Source: Alphaproteobacteria bacterium
Lineage (GTDB): Bacteria; Pseudomonadota; Alphaproteobacteria; UBA2966
DNA length: 64,000 nt
Assembly (NCBI GenBank): GCA_964291395.2
Contig: OZ219856.1
Location: 576,001 to 640,000, forward strand
Reading direction: 5' to 3'
Shown: piece by piece, positions 1-8,459 of the stretch
Layout of the letters: each line of letters starts with the position of its first letter
Position numbering within the stretch: the first letter of the stretch is position 1
The notes under the pieces: model-generated
What the model was told of the DNA's origin: nothing
Database searches by the model: none
What the model saw: the letters and a program-made list of their open reading frames with translations, nothing else
Program-made: the position numbers and the translations under genes

Positions 1-386
1 AAGGTCATCCCCTTCCTGAGCGGCGTCCTGAGTCCCAGCAGCATGATATGCAGGCCGCCGGGCTCGAGCACGACCGTTCCGCCGGCCGGAATCTCGACGG
101 CCTCGACGGGACGCATCTTCATCACGTCTCCCTTCATCTCGTGGGTGTGAAGCTCGGCGCGGTCCGCGATGTAGGTCGACGCGCCGATCAAACGGTCGGT
201 TCGAGACCCGGAGTTGTACACCGTGACGTAGCTCACTCCGTTTCGCGCCTTCAGCGACAGCGAGGCACGCGCCCACGGATGGGTGATCCTGATGTCGCCG
301 GCCGTGATCTCGTGTCCCAGAGAAGCGGGGCTCTGCACCGAGCAGACGGTCAGTATCAGGACGGCGAGGAGAAGGCTGCGACTCAT
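1..386 (-). CDS. Periplasmic copper chaperone PCu(A)C family (partial, runs off window start)
   Basis: Not in the ORF track. Hand translation from ATG at 386: MSRSLLLAVLILTVC..HPWARAS..ELHTHEMKGDVMKMRPV..LEPGGLHIMLLGL, i.e. signal peptide plus the His/Met Cu(I) motif. Confidence 0.9.
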   Translation of the reverse strand, partial: MSRSLLLAVLILTVCSVQSPASLGHEITAGDIRITHPWARASLSLKARNGVSYVTVYNSGSRTDRLIGASTYIADRAELHTHEMKGDVMKMRPVEAVEIPAGGTVVLEPGGLHIMLLGLRTPLRKGMT

Positions 387-535
387 ATCGGTCTCGGGAG
401 ACTGGTGCCGGCGAGCGAGATTATCTCGACGGCGGCCCGCGGTGTCCATGACAGCCGATGATGTCCTCAATATGATACCGCTCGAATCCTTCTCGCTCGG
501 ACGAGCGAGGACGAAAGCAATTGGAAGGGATGGAC

Positions 536-1342
536 ATGGCCCAGGCGTTCTCGATGATCCCGTTACCCCCGGAACGCAGCACGACGAAGCCGCGCATCAA
601 GGGGCGAACGATGATGATGGATTGGGGCATGCCCCTTCGCGAACAGGAAGACCTCTTGAGCCTGATCGCGCCTTACGTGGATATCGCCAAGTTCGTCGTC
701 GGCACGGCCCGCCTCTATGAGGAGGAGTATCTGAGAACGAAGATCGGGGTCTACGAGGACCACCAGATAGAACCCTTTCTCGGCGGCCAGTTCTTCGAGT
801 TCGTGTTCGGCACCCAGGGCGTCGAAGGGGTGAAGCCCTACTGTGAAGAGGCCAAACGCCTGGGTATCGGCGCCATCGAGATTTCGGACAACGTGGTGCC
901 GCTTTCGAGCCGGGATCGCCACGAAATCACGGAGATTGCCGTTGACTGCGGGCTGCACGTCCACGGAGAGGTCGGGTCCAAGCACGACGTGACGACGGCC
1001 GAGACCCTGATCGAGCAGGCGAACGAGTTCTTTGACGCCGGCGCGGACGTCGTTCTCGTCGAGGCTGCCGAACTGGTCGAGGACGGGGAGCCCAACAAGC
1101 CGTTGATCGGCGATCTGGCGAGCGGACTGGACGTCGCCAAGGTGTTCTTCGAGCTCCCCGGAGCATGGATCAAGGGAACCACGACGACCGAGGTGATCTA
1201 TCTCAAGAAGTTCCTGATCGACGAGTTCGGGCCCGACGTCAACATCGCCAACGTGCTGCCGGGCAACGTGTTCGAGACCGAGGCGCTGCGCTCGCATCTG
1301 AGCTTCGCCGGGCCCCGGCAGATGAACCGGGCAGCCGAATAG
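536..1342 (+). CDS. comA: Phosphosulfolactate synthase (ComA) family protein
   Basis: Motifs MMDWG, YVDIAKFVVGT, GGQFFE, EISDN, GEVGSK, FGPDVNIAN, ETEALR. GGAAGG RBS precedes ATG 536. Confidence 0.8.
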   Translation: MAQAFSMIPLPPERSTTKPRIKGRTMMMDWGMPLREQEDLLSLIAPYVDIAKFVVGTARLYEEEYLRTKIGVYEDHQIEPFLGGQFFEFVFGTQGVEGVKPYCEEAKRLGIGAIEISDNVVPLSSRDRHEITEIAVDCGLHVHGEVGSKHDVTTAETLIEQANEFFDAGADVVLVEAAELVEDGEPNKPLIGDLASGLDVAKVFFELPGAWIKGTTTTEVIYLKKFLIDEFGPDVNIANVLPGNVFETEALRSHLSFAGPRQMNRAAE

Positions 1343-1372
1343 GCGGACCCCCCAATTCATGGGGAGCATGGC

Positions 1373-2284
1373 ATGAGGGAACGGCTGGGTTTCGTCGGAT
1401 TGGGCAGCATGGGCGGTCCCATGTGCCTCAACCTTCTCAAGGCCGGATTCGAAGCCACAGTCTTCGACGTCGCCGAAGGCGCCGCGGACCGGCATCTGGA
1501 GGCGGGGGCGAAGCAGGGACAGGGCCTGGGCGACGTGGCGAGAAACAGCGATGTCGTCGTGACCATGCTGCCGAACTCGGGTGACGTGGAAGACGTCGTC
1601 CTGGGTGAGGACGGCGTTTCGGCGCACGCGCGGGAGGGCATGCTCGTCATCGACATGAGTACGATCTTCCCGGAGATGTCGATCAGGGTCGCCGGGGAGC
1701 TCCGGGAGAAGGGCGTCGGCTTCCTCGACGCGGCGGTGGGCCGCACGGCGATGCATGCCGCGGCGGGCACGTCGATGTTCATGGTGGGTGGCTCGACGGA
1801 GGATCTCGAACGCGCGCGGCCCATTCTGGAGGCCATGGGCGATACGATCCATCACTGCGGGCCCGCGGGCAGCGGCGTGCAAACCAAACTGGTCAACAAC
1901 TACATGACCGCGAGTCAGGCCGTAATCACCTCGGAGGCCTTGTCGCTGGCGCGGAAGCTCGGTCTCGATCCCGAGCGGACGGTGGAGATCATGTCCAGCA
2001 CGATGGCGTCGAACGCGCTGGTCTCGTTCTATTTCCCGAGAAAGGCGCTGGCCGGCAACGTCGATCCCGGATTCGCGTTGATGCATGCCCGGAAGGACCT
2101 GACGCTGGCGGTCCGGCTCGGCGAGCAGCAGGATGTCGCTATGGCTACGGGCGCGGCGGCCTTGGACACGTACGACCGCCTCTTCGACGAAGGTCACGGT
2201 CAACGGGACTTCTCATACACGTTGATGGGTGCCTGCGAGGCCGCAGGTGTCGAACCTCCCCGCATCGAGGCGCCCGAGGATTAG
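1373..2284 (+). CDS. NAD(P)-dependent beta-hydroxyacid dehydrogenase, sulfolactaldehyde reductase (YihU)-like
   Basis: GFVGLGSMG Rossmann motif, DMSTI, DAAVGRTAMHAAAG, catalytic KLVNNYM, ARKDL. Confidence 0.85.
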   Translation: MRERLGFVGLGSMGGPMCLNLLKAGFEATVFDVAEGAADRHLEAGAKQGQGLGDVARNSDVVVTMLPNSGDVEDVVLGEDGVSAHAREGMLVIDMSTIFPEMSIRVAGELREKGVGFLDAAVGRTAMHAAAGTSMFMVGGSTEDLERARPILEAMGDTIHHCGPAGSGVQTKLVNNYMTASQAVITSEALSLARKLGLDPERTVEIMSSTMASNALVSFYFPRKALAGNVDPGFALMHARKDLTLAVRLGEQQDVAMATGAAALDTYDRLFDEGHGQRDFSYTLMGACEAAGVEPPRIEAPED

Positions 2285-3426
2285 CTCTGCAGGACCGCGT
2301 CGCTCTTTATCAGCGCCGAGATCTCCGAAGCGTCGAAGCCCCAGTCACGCAGGATTTCTTCGCTGTGCTCGCCCCGCGCGGGCGGCGGGCCGGCAATCTC
2401 CGCCTCGGTGCGGCTGAACCTGGGTGCGGGCGCGGGCTGGTCGACGCCGTCGACGTTCGCGACGGTCTGGCGAGCGGCGATATGCGGATGATCGGCCACT
2501 TCGGATAGCGAGAGGACGGGTGCGACGCAGACTTCCTCGCCGTCGAAGATCCGCGTCCATTCGTCCCGCGTTTTCCGACGGACGACCGCCGCCACCGTTT
2601 CCTTCGTCTTCGGCCAGGCGCCGCGGTCGTGCTGGGGCGGCATTCGCTTGATATCGAGACCGAGGAGGCGCCACGTCCGCTCCCAGAATTTCGCTTCCAC
2701 GGAGCCGATCGCGATCCATTTGCCGTCCCTGGTCTCGTAGGTGTCGTAGAACGGCGAGCCCGTATCGAGGTAGTTGCTCCCGCGCGCGTCAACCCAGTAG
2801 CCGCCGGCGTGAAAGCCGAAGAAGTACGCCATCATCGACGCTGCGGCGTCGATCATGGCGGCGTCGACGATCTGTCCCGTTCCCGACTCCCGTGCTTCGA
2901 GTATGGCGGCCAAAAGCCCCATCGCGAGGTAGGCGCCGCCGCCAAAGTCGCCCACGAGATTGAGCGGCGGTGTCGGCGGCCCGCCCGTGCGGCCGATCGC
3001 GTGCAGAGTCCCGGTCAAGGCGATGTAGTTGATGTCGTGGCCGGGTGCGGAGGCGAGGGGTCCGTCCTGTCCCCAGCCCGTCATGCGGCCGTAGACCAGG
3101 CGGGGATTCCTCTCCATGCAGACGTCCGGACCAAACCCGAGCCGCTCCATGACGCCGGGACGGTAGCCTTCGATCAGCGCGTCGGCCCGATCGACGAGGC
3201 GAAGGACGGCGACTTGGCCGGCCGGGTTCTTGAGATCGACCGCGATGGATCGCCGCCCCCGGTTCATGATCTGCGTCCTGGGATCGTGATCGATGCGCCC
3301 GGCGATCGCCTGCTGCCGGTCGATCCTGATTATCTCGGCGCCCAGATCCGCGAGCAGCATGGCACAGAACGGCGCCGGCCCCAGACCCGCGAACTCGACG
3401 ATCCTGATCCCTTTGAGAGGCCCCAT
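2281..3426 (-). CDS. CaiB/BaiF family III CoA-transferase / alpha-methylacyl-CoA racemase
   Basis: GPLKGIRIVEFAGLGPAPF, GHDINY, GDFGGG, PAPAPRFSRT; start trimmed to MGPLKG. Confidence 0.9.
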   Translation of the reverse strand: MGPLKGIRIVEFAGLGPAPFCAMLLADLGAEIIRIDRQQAIAGRIDHDPRTQIMNRGRRSIAVDLKNPAGQVAVLRLVDRADALIEGYRPGVMERLGFGPDVCMERNPRLVYGRMTGWGQDGPLASAPGHDINYIALTGTLHAIGRTGGPPTPPLNLVGDFGGGAYLAMGLLAAILEARESGTGQIVDAAMIDAAASMMAYFFGFHAGGYWVDARGSNYLDTGSPFYDTYETRDGKWIAIGSVEAKFWERTWRLLGLDIKRMPPQHDRGAWPKTKETVAAVVRRKTRDEWTRIFDGEEVCVAPVLSLSEVADHPHIAARQTVANVDGVDQPAPAPRFSRTEAEIAGPPPARGEHSEEILRDWGFDASEISALIKSDAVLQS

Positions 3427-3739
3427 TGCCTTCCCCCGTACCGCATGTCCCATCGATCGGAGCCGGAACGTTCCTGAGCGAAGCCCGCTCCCGGTTTTGC
3501 AGCGACCTGGCGCTCTCGTCCCAGTGTTGCAAGGCAACGCAGCCTTTCGCAAGTGAGCATCGCTCCGGAACACTTCGGCTTCCCGGGGATGTCGAACCGG
3601 AGCGCTTGAATCCGAGGATCTTCTTGGAGACCGCCTTCAGGCAGGTGGGATCAGGGCAAGCTGGCCGGTGAGTTTCTCCGTCAGATTGGCGTTCGGTGTC
3701 GCGGCGGCCCGTCTCGCCAAGTCGGAACCGCCGAGAATA

Positions 3740-3797
3740 TACTACCAAGTGGTTGAACATCGGATGAGATGCCCTTATATTCAACCGTATGGTTGAA
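3740..3797 (+). promoter_or_regulatory. Putative ArsR autoregulatory operator (two palindromic boxes)
   Basis: Perfect TTCAACC-GTAT-GGTTGAA at 3780-3797 covering the ArsR start codon; imperfect TACTACC-AAGT-GGTTGAA at 3740-3757. Confidence 0.7.
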
Positions 3798-4130
3798 CAG
3801 AACCTCAATCTCGTCTTCCATGCACTTGCAGATCCCACCCGCCGAGCCATCCTCGATCGCCTGGCGGTGGGGGAGGAGACCGTCGGCAGCCTCTCCGAGC
3901 CCTTTTCCATTTCCTTCGCCGCGGTGTCCAAACACCTCGGCGTGCTCGAGCGCGCCGGCCTGGTGACGCGCGAAGCGCGCGGCCGGGAACGGGTGTGCCG
4001 GATCAATCCGGCCGCACTCGAGGACGCCCGCGCCTGGCTCGAATTCCACGAGCGCTTCTGGACTGAACGCTTGGATGCGCTCGACGACTTGATCAACACC
4101 ACCTTCGGCCAGTCGGGCACATCGCGATGA
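3789..4130 (+). CDS. ArsR/SmtB family transcriptional regulator
   Basis: VFHALADPTRRAIL..AVSKHLGVLERAGLV..GRER winged HTH. Confidence 0.92.
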   Translation: MVEQNLNLVFHALADPTRRAILDRLAVGEETVGSLSEPFSISFAAVSKHLGVLERAGLVTREARGRERVCRINPAALEDARAWLEFHERFWTERLDALDDLINTTFGQSGTSR

Positions 4131-4187
4131 CCGTATCCAGACCCACGAGCGCGGACCGCCGCACGGGCCCCCACAGGAGCTGCTGAC

Positions 4188-4637
4188 ATGGCACAGCATC
4201 AGCCGGACGAACGGGAGATCTACCTGACGCTGCATCGCACCCTCGATGCGCCGGTCGAGGCGGTGTACGCCGCGTGGACGGATCCGAAGCTGATGCAGCG
4301 ATGGTTTGCGCCCGGCGATCTCGTGGTGGCCCGGGCGATTGCCCAGGTCGAGGTTGGGGGGACGTTTCTCATCGAGATGCGCGGGGCCGACGGTGAGAAC
4401 CACGTCACCCGCGGCGTCTATCGGGACGTGGTGCCTAACCGTCGCCTGGTGCACACCTGGCGCTGGGAAGGAAGCGATGTGGAATCGCTGGTCACCGTCG
4501 AACTCGAGCCGGAGTCGGCCGGGAGGACGCGCCTTACGCTCACGCATTCCCGATTTGCGAGCGTCGAGGCCCGCGACCAGCATGAGAGAGGCTGGGCGGG
4601 TTGCCTCGCCAAGCTCGAGGCACTCTACGCCGGCTGA
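4188..4637 (+). CDS. SRPBCC (AHSA1-like) domain protein
   Basis: LDAPVEAVYAAWTDP..RLVHTWRW..TRLTLTH..HERGW; usual partner of this ArsR type. Confidence 0.88.
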   Translation: MAQHQPDEREIYLTLHRTLDAPVEAVYAAWTDPKLMQRWFAPGDLVVARAIAQVEVGGTFLIEMRGADGENHVTRGVYRDVVPNRRLVHTWRWEGSDVESLVTVELEPESAGRTRLTLTHSRFASVEARDQHERGWAGCLAKLEALYAG

Positions 4638-4687
4638 GGCGTCCGTGGCGGCCACGGCCCATTTCAAGCAATCAAGGAGACACCCCT

Positions 4688-5335
4688 GTGAAACTTTACT
4701 ACTTCCCGCTGTCCACCTACTCGCAGAAGGTGCTTATCGCGTTGTTCGAGAAAGAGGCCGAGTTCGAGTCCGAGCAGGTGAAGCTGTTCGACGAGGCGGT
4801 ACGCGAGCGCTATCGCAGCGAGATCTATCCGTTGGGGCGCATTCCTCTGCTGGTGCTCGACGACGGCCACCTCATTCCCGAATCCTCGATCATTATCGAA
4901 TATCTCGATGCCAGCTTCGACAATGCGCCGCGGTTGATTCCGGCCGCGCCCGACGAGGCACGCCAGACCCGGTTTCACGACCGCATGCTGGACCTCTACC
5001 TCAACGACTCGATCGCCTCGCTGCTGTTCCAGAGTTGGAAGCCGGAGGAGGCGCGCGACCGGGAGTTGATCGATCGCAGCCGCTTTCGTGCCGGTGTGAT
5101 GTACGACTTCCTGGAGCACCGGCTCGACGGGCGCACCTGGCTGATGGGCGAGGACTTCACCATGGCGGACTGCGCCGCCGGACCGGCGCTGCTCTACGCC
5201 GGGGATATGTTCCCGTTTGCCGAACGTCCGGCGATCGCGGCCTACTGGGAGCGGCTGCGCACGCGCCCGTCCTATGCTCGGGTGCTGGAGGAAGCCGAGC
5301 CTCACCTGCGCGAATTGCGGGAGCGCGCCGCCTGA
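4688..5335 (+). CDS. Glutathione S-transferase family protein
   Basis: GTG start after AAGGAG. KLYYFPLSTYSQKV, PLGRIPLL, ESSIIIEYL, GEDFTMAD, RLRTRPS. Confidence 0.9.
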   Translation: MKLYYFPLSTYSQKVLIALFEKEAEFESEQVKLFDEAVRERYRSEIYPLGRIPLLVLDDGHLIPESSIIIEYLDASFDNAPRLIPAAPDEARQTRFHDRMLDLYLNDSIASLLFQSWKPEEARDRELIDRSRFRAGVMYDFLEHRLDGRTWLMGEDFTMADCAAGPALLYAGDMFPFAERPAIAAYWERLRTRPSYARVLEEAEPHLRELRERAA

Positions 5336-5527
5336 GCGTACGTCCGTACATCGGACGCCCATCGGTATCCGGGTTTCGGGGCTTGACGCCGGACAGGACG
5401 CCGGGTGGCGTGGCCGGGCGAGGGACGCGAGGGGCTGGAGTTTCAGTTCAACTGGAACCACTCTAGATTCCGTCTCGGAATTTGGGTGCGTCCGCGAGCG
5501 CCCGACTTGGGGTACACTGGGCGCCAA

Positions 5528-6211
5528 ATGCTGCGCTTGGTCCTGGGATTCATATTTCTCCTGGCGGCAACCCCACCGGCGTCGGCCAACTACGCGTTGG
5601 GCACCATCGCGTATGAGCGGGGGGACTATGCGGCGGCCTACGAGAACTGGCGGCCCCTGGCGGATCAGGGGAGCCTGGCCGCCCAGTTCAATATCGGTCA
5701 TCTCTACCACCGGGGCCTGGGCGTGGCGCAGGACCTGGACGCCGCCAGGGAATGGTACCTGAAAGCCGCGAACCAGGGAGACAGCAACGCCCAGTACGAA
5801 CTGGGCGCGATGCACGCGCAAGGCGACGGCGTTCCCAGGGATTACGCCGCCGCGATCGGCTGGTACCGGCAGGCCGCCGAAGCGGGCCACTCCAAGGCCA
5901 GCATGAAACTGGGGAACCTGTACCGGGACGGCCGGGGCGTGCCGCAGGATGACGAAAAGGCGGCGCACTGGATCGTGAAGGCGGCCGACCAGGGCGAGAA
6001 ATCGGCGCAGATCGCCGCCAGCGTGATCTTCAGCGAGGGACTGGGCGTGCCGAAGGACCTCGTCGAGGCCTACATGTGGGCGTCCATCGCGGCGAGCAGG
6101 GGCGAGATCTTCGCGCACGCGTTCGTGCGTGCCTTCGAGCGCAGGATGACGCCGGCCCAGATCCAGGAGGGGCGGGAGCGGGCGAAGACCTGGTCGCCCA
6201 GGCTGTACTAG
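5528..6211 (+). CDS. Secreted Sel1-repeat (SLR/TPR) protein
   Basis: Signal peptide MLRLVLGFIFLLAA, then repeats of AQFNIGHLYHRGLGVAQD..WYLKAANQG. Confidence 0.9.
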   Translation: MLRLVLGFIFLLAATPPASANYALGTIAYERGDYAAAYENWRPLADQGSLAAQFNIGHLYHRGLGVAQDLDAAREWYLKAANQGDSNAQYELGAMHAQGDGVPRDYAAAIGWYRQAAEAGHSKASMKLGNLYRDGRGVPQDDEKAAHWIVKAADQGEKSAQIAASVIFSEGLGVPKDLVEAYMWASIAASRGEIFAHAFVRAFERRMTPAQIQEGRERAKTWSPRLY

Positions 6212-6287
6212 TTGACCGACGTGCAGGGAAAGCCGCGCCGTGCGGCCCCTGTGTGGGCGCCCCGGTAAGGGTGGGTGAAGGTCGACC

Positions 6288-6954
6288 ATGCGATGGGCAC
6301 TCCCGTTCATCGCTCTGGTGGCTGCCGCGGTCGCCGCCAACACCGCGGCGCAGGCCGATCTCGACGCCGCGCGCGAAGCCGCCCGCAGGGGAGACCATGC
6401 CCGGGCCTATCGGGAACTCGTGCCCCTGGCACGAGGACGTCGATGCCCAGTACTATCTGGGCGGCCTCTACTACAAGGGTGAAGGCGTCGAGCAGGATTA
6501 CGGGAAGGCCGGGGACGCGATGGTACTATCTGGCCTCTACTACAAGGGTGAAGGCGTCGAGCAGGATTACGGGAAGGCCGCGGAATGGTTCGGGAGATCC
6601 GCGAACCGGGGAAACGCCAAGGCGCAGACGGACCTCGCCCAGTGCTACCTTTTCGGCTTTGGCGTCGAGAAGGATTCGGAGACCGCGGTGACGTGGTATC
6701 GGCGCGCCGCGGCCCAAGGGTATGCGCCCGCCGCCCTCAACCTCGCGACGCTCGTGTTCAGCGGCACGGGAACCGAAAGGGACCTCGTCGAGGCCCATGT
6801 GTGGGCGACGATCGCCATGTCCAAGTTCGGCGGCGAGGACTACGAGTCCGCGGTCAGGATCCGGGCGTCGACGGCGCGGTTGCTGCCGCCGGCCGAGCTA
6901 GAGGACGCGCACAGGCGGGTGCGCGAGTGGCGCCCCGTTCCGGAAAAACCTTGA
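6288..6954 (+). CDS. Second secreted Sel1-repeat protein, frameshifted near 6430 and containing an internal duplication
   Basis: Signal peptide in the 6288 frame; SLR repeats (AQYYLGGLYYKGEGVEQDY..) in the 6076 frame. Confidence 0.8.
6463..6580 (+). repeat. Perfect 49-bp direct repeat (6463-6511 and 6532-6580), period 69 bp
   Basis: GGCCTCTACTACAAGGGTGAAGGCGTCGAGCAGGATTACGGGAAGGCCG occurs twice. Confidence 0.95.
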
Positions 6955-7014
6955 GCGCGCGTCCCTTGTCACGGGGGTGGCCGCATGGCAGTTTCGCGGC
7001 GGGAGGAGCAGCGA

Positions 7015-7752
7015 TTGAGCGGTCAGGAGTCCCTCGCATCGGAGTTCGTGGTCGAAATCTGGCGCGGCCGGGAGTCGGGGAAGTTCGTCTCCTATCGTGT
7101 GCCCCAGCGGGAGAGCCAGACGATCCTGGATGTCGTCTCCCACGTCCAGCGCCGAATCGATCCCACCCTGTCGTACCGGTTCGCGTGCCGGGTCGGCATG
7201 TGCGGCTCGTGCGCCATGACGGTCAACGGCGTTCCCCGCTGGACCTGTCGTACACACGTGGATCGCGTGGCCAAGGACGGGCATATCCGGATCGAGCCGC
7301 TTCGTAATTTGCCGGTCATCCGCGACTTGGCGGTCGACATGGCGCCATTCTTCGACAAATGGCAGCGCGCGACCGGCCGGTTCGTGCCGTCGGACAAGGA
7401 CAACAGGCAAACGTTTGCCCGCGTGCCGCCCGATTCACGGGAGCGGCGGGCGGCCGATGCCGGCATCGAATGCATCGGCTGCGGCGTGTGCTATTCGGCC
7501 TGCGATGTCGTTGCGTGGAATGCGGACTATCTGGGCCCTGCCGCGCTCAACCGCGTATGGACCCTCGTCAACGATTCGCGTGACGGCGGTCGGCGTGAGC
7601 ACCTGGCGGCCGTGGCGGGAGACGCGGGCTGTCATCAGTGCCACAGTCACCAGGCCTGCATGTCGTATTGTCCGAAGGACCTGAACCCGACGGCCGCCAT
7701 CGCCGGGCTGAAACGCGAGACGGTCAAGTCCTTGCTGCGAGGTGAACTGTGA
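7015..7752 (+). CDS. Succinate dehydrogenase/fumarate reductase-like iron-sulfur subunit
   Basis: CRVGMCGSC..C (2Fe-2S), CIGCGVCYSAC, CHSHQACMSYCP, YLGPAAL. TTG start after GGAGGAG; alternative ATG at 6985. Confidence 0.92.
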   Translation: MSGQESLASEFVVEIWRGRESGKFVSYRVPQRESQTILDVVSHVQRRIDPTLSYRFACRVGMCGSCAMTVNGVPRWTCRTHVDRVAKDGHIRIEPLRNLPVIRDLAVDMAPFFDKWQRATGRFVPSDKDNRQTFARVPPDSRERRAADAGIECIGCGVCYSACDVVAWNADYLGPAALNRVWTLVNDSRDGGRREHLAAVAGDAGCHQCHSHQACMSYCPKDLNPTAAIAGLKRETVKSLLRGEL

Positions 7753-8084
7753 CCGGCAGGTTGGAGGTCTGGCTGTACGTCGCGCAGCGGGGGAGCGCGT
7801 TCGTGCTCGCCCCGCTCGTGATCATCCACCTTGCGACCATGATCTACGCCATTCAGGGCGGGTTGTCGGCGGAGGAGATTCTTTCCCGGACCGAGGGGAG
7901 CGCGGTTTGGGGAACCGTGTACGGCCTCTTCGTGGCTGCCGCGGCCGTTCATGCACCGATCGGCGTCCGATCGATCATCAGAGAAATGACTCCCTGGAAG
8001 GGCAGGATGCTTGATTTCGCGGCGCTCCTGTTCGGCACCCTCATCGTCGTTCTGGGCATTCGCGCCGTGGGGGCATTGGTATGA
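7749..8084 (+). CDS. SDH/FRD-like membrane anchor subunit
   Basis: Three hydrophobic segments, QRGSA..IIHL and VHAPIGVR His motifs; translationally coupled to neighbours. Confidence 0.85.
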   Translation: MTGRLEVWLYVAQRGSAFVLAPLVIIHLATMIYAIQGGLSAEEILSRTEGSAVWGTVYGLFVAAAAVHAPIGVRSIIREMTPWKGRMLDFAALLFGTLIVVLGIRAVGALV

Positions 8085-8428
8085 AATACGCCGTCGCATT
8101 GCGCAATCACCCGACCTATTGGGCCTTCGTACTTCACCGGGTATCGGGGTTGGCGCTGGCCGTGTTCGTTCCCGTACATCTCTACACGCTCTCGCTGGCG
8201 GTCCAGGAAGCCGCGCGTTTCGATGCCTTCCTCGAATGGACCGAGGCTCCGGCCGTCAAGGCGGGAGAGGCCCTGCTCGTCCTGTTGCTTGCGGGACACC
8301 TGGTGGGAGGCTTGCGTCTGCTGGCGCTTGAATTCCTGGAATGGCGCGACTGGCAGAAGTCGGTGGTCGCGATCACCGCGGGTGTTGCGGTCGCTTGCGG
8401 GCTGCTGTTTCTTATGAACGCATTTTGA
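8081..8428 (+). CDS. SDH/FRD-like cytochrome b556 membrane subunit
   Basis: LHRVSGLAL..PVHL, GHLVGGLRLL as in SdhC-type anchors. Confidence 0.85.
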   Translation: MKYAVALRNHPTYWAFVLHRVSGLALAVFVPVHLYTLSLAVQEAARFDAFLEWTEAPAVKAGEALLVLLLAGHLVGGLRLLALEFLEWRDWQKSVVAITAGVAVACGLLFLMNAF

Positions 8429-8459
8429 TCGGCTCGCTACCCGAAGACGGACGTCTGAA

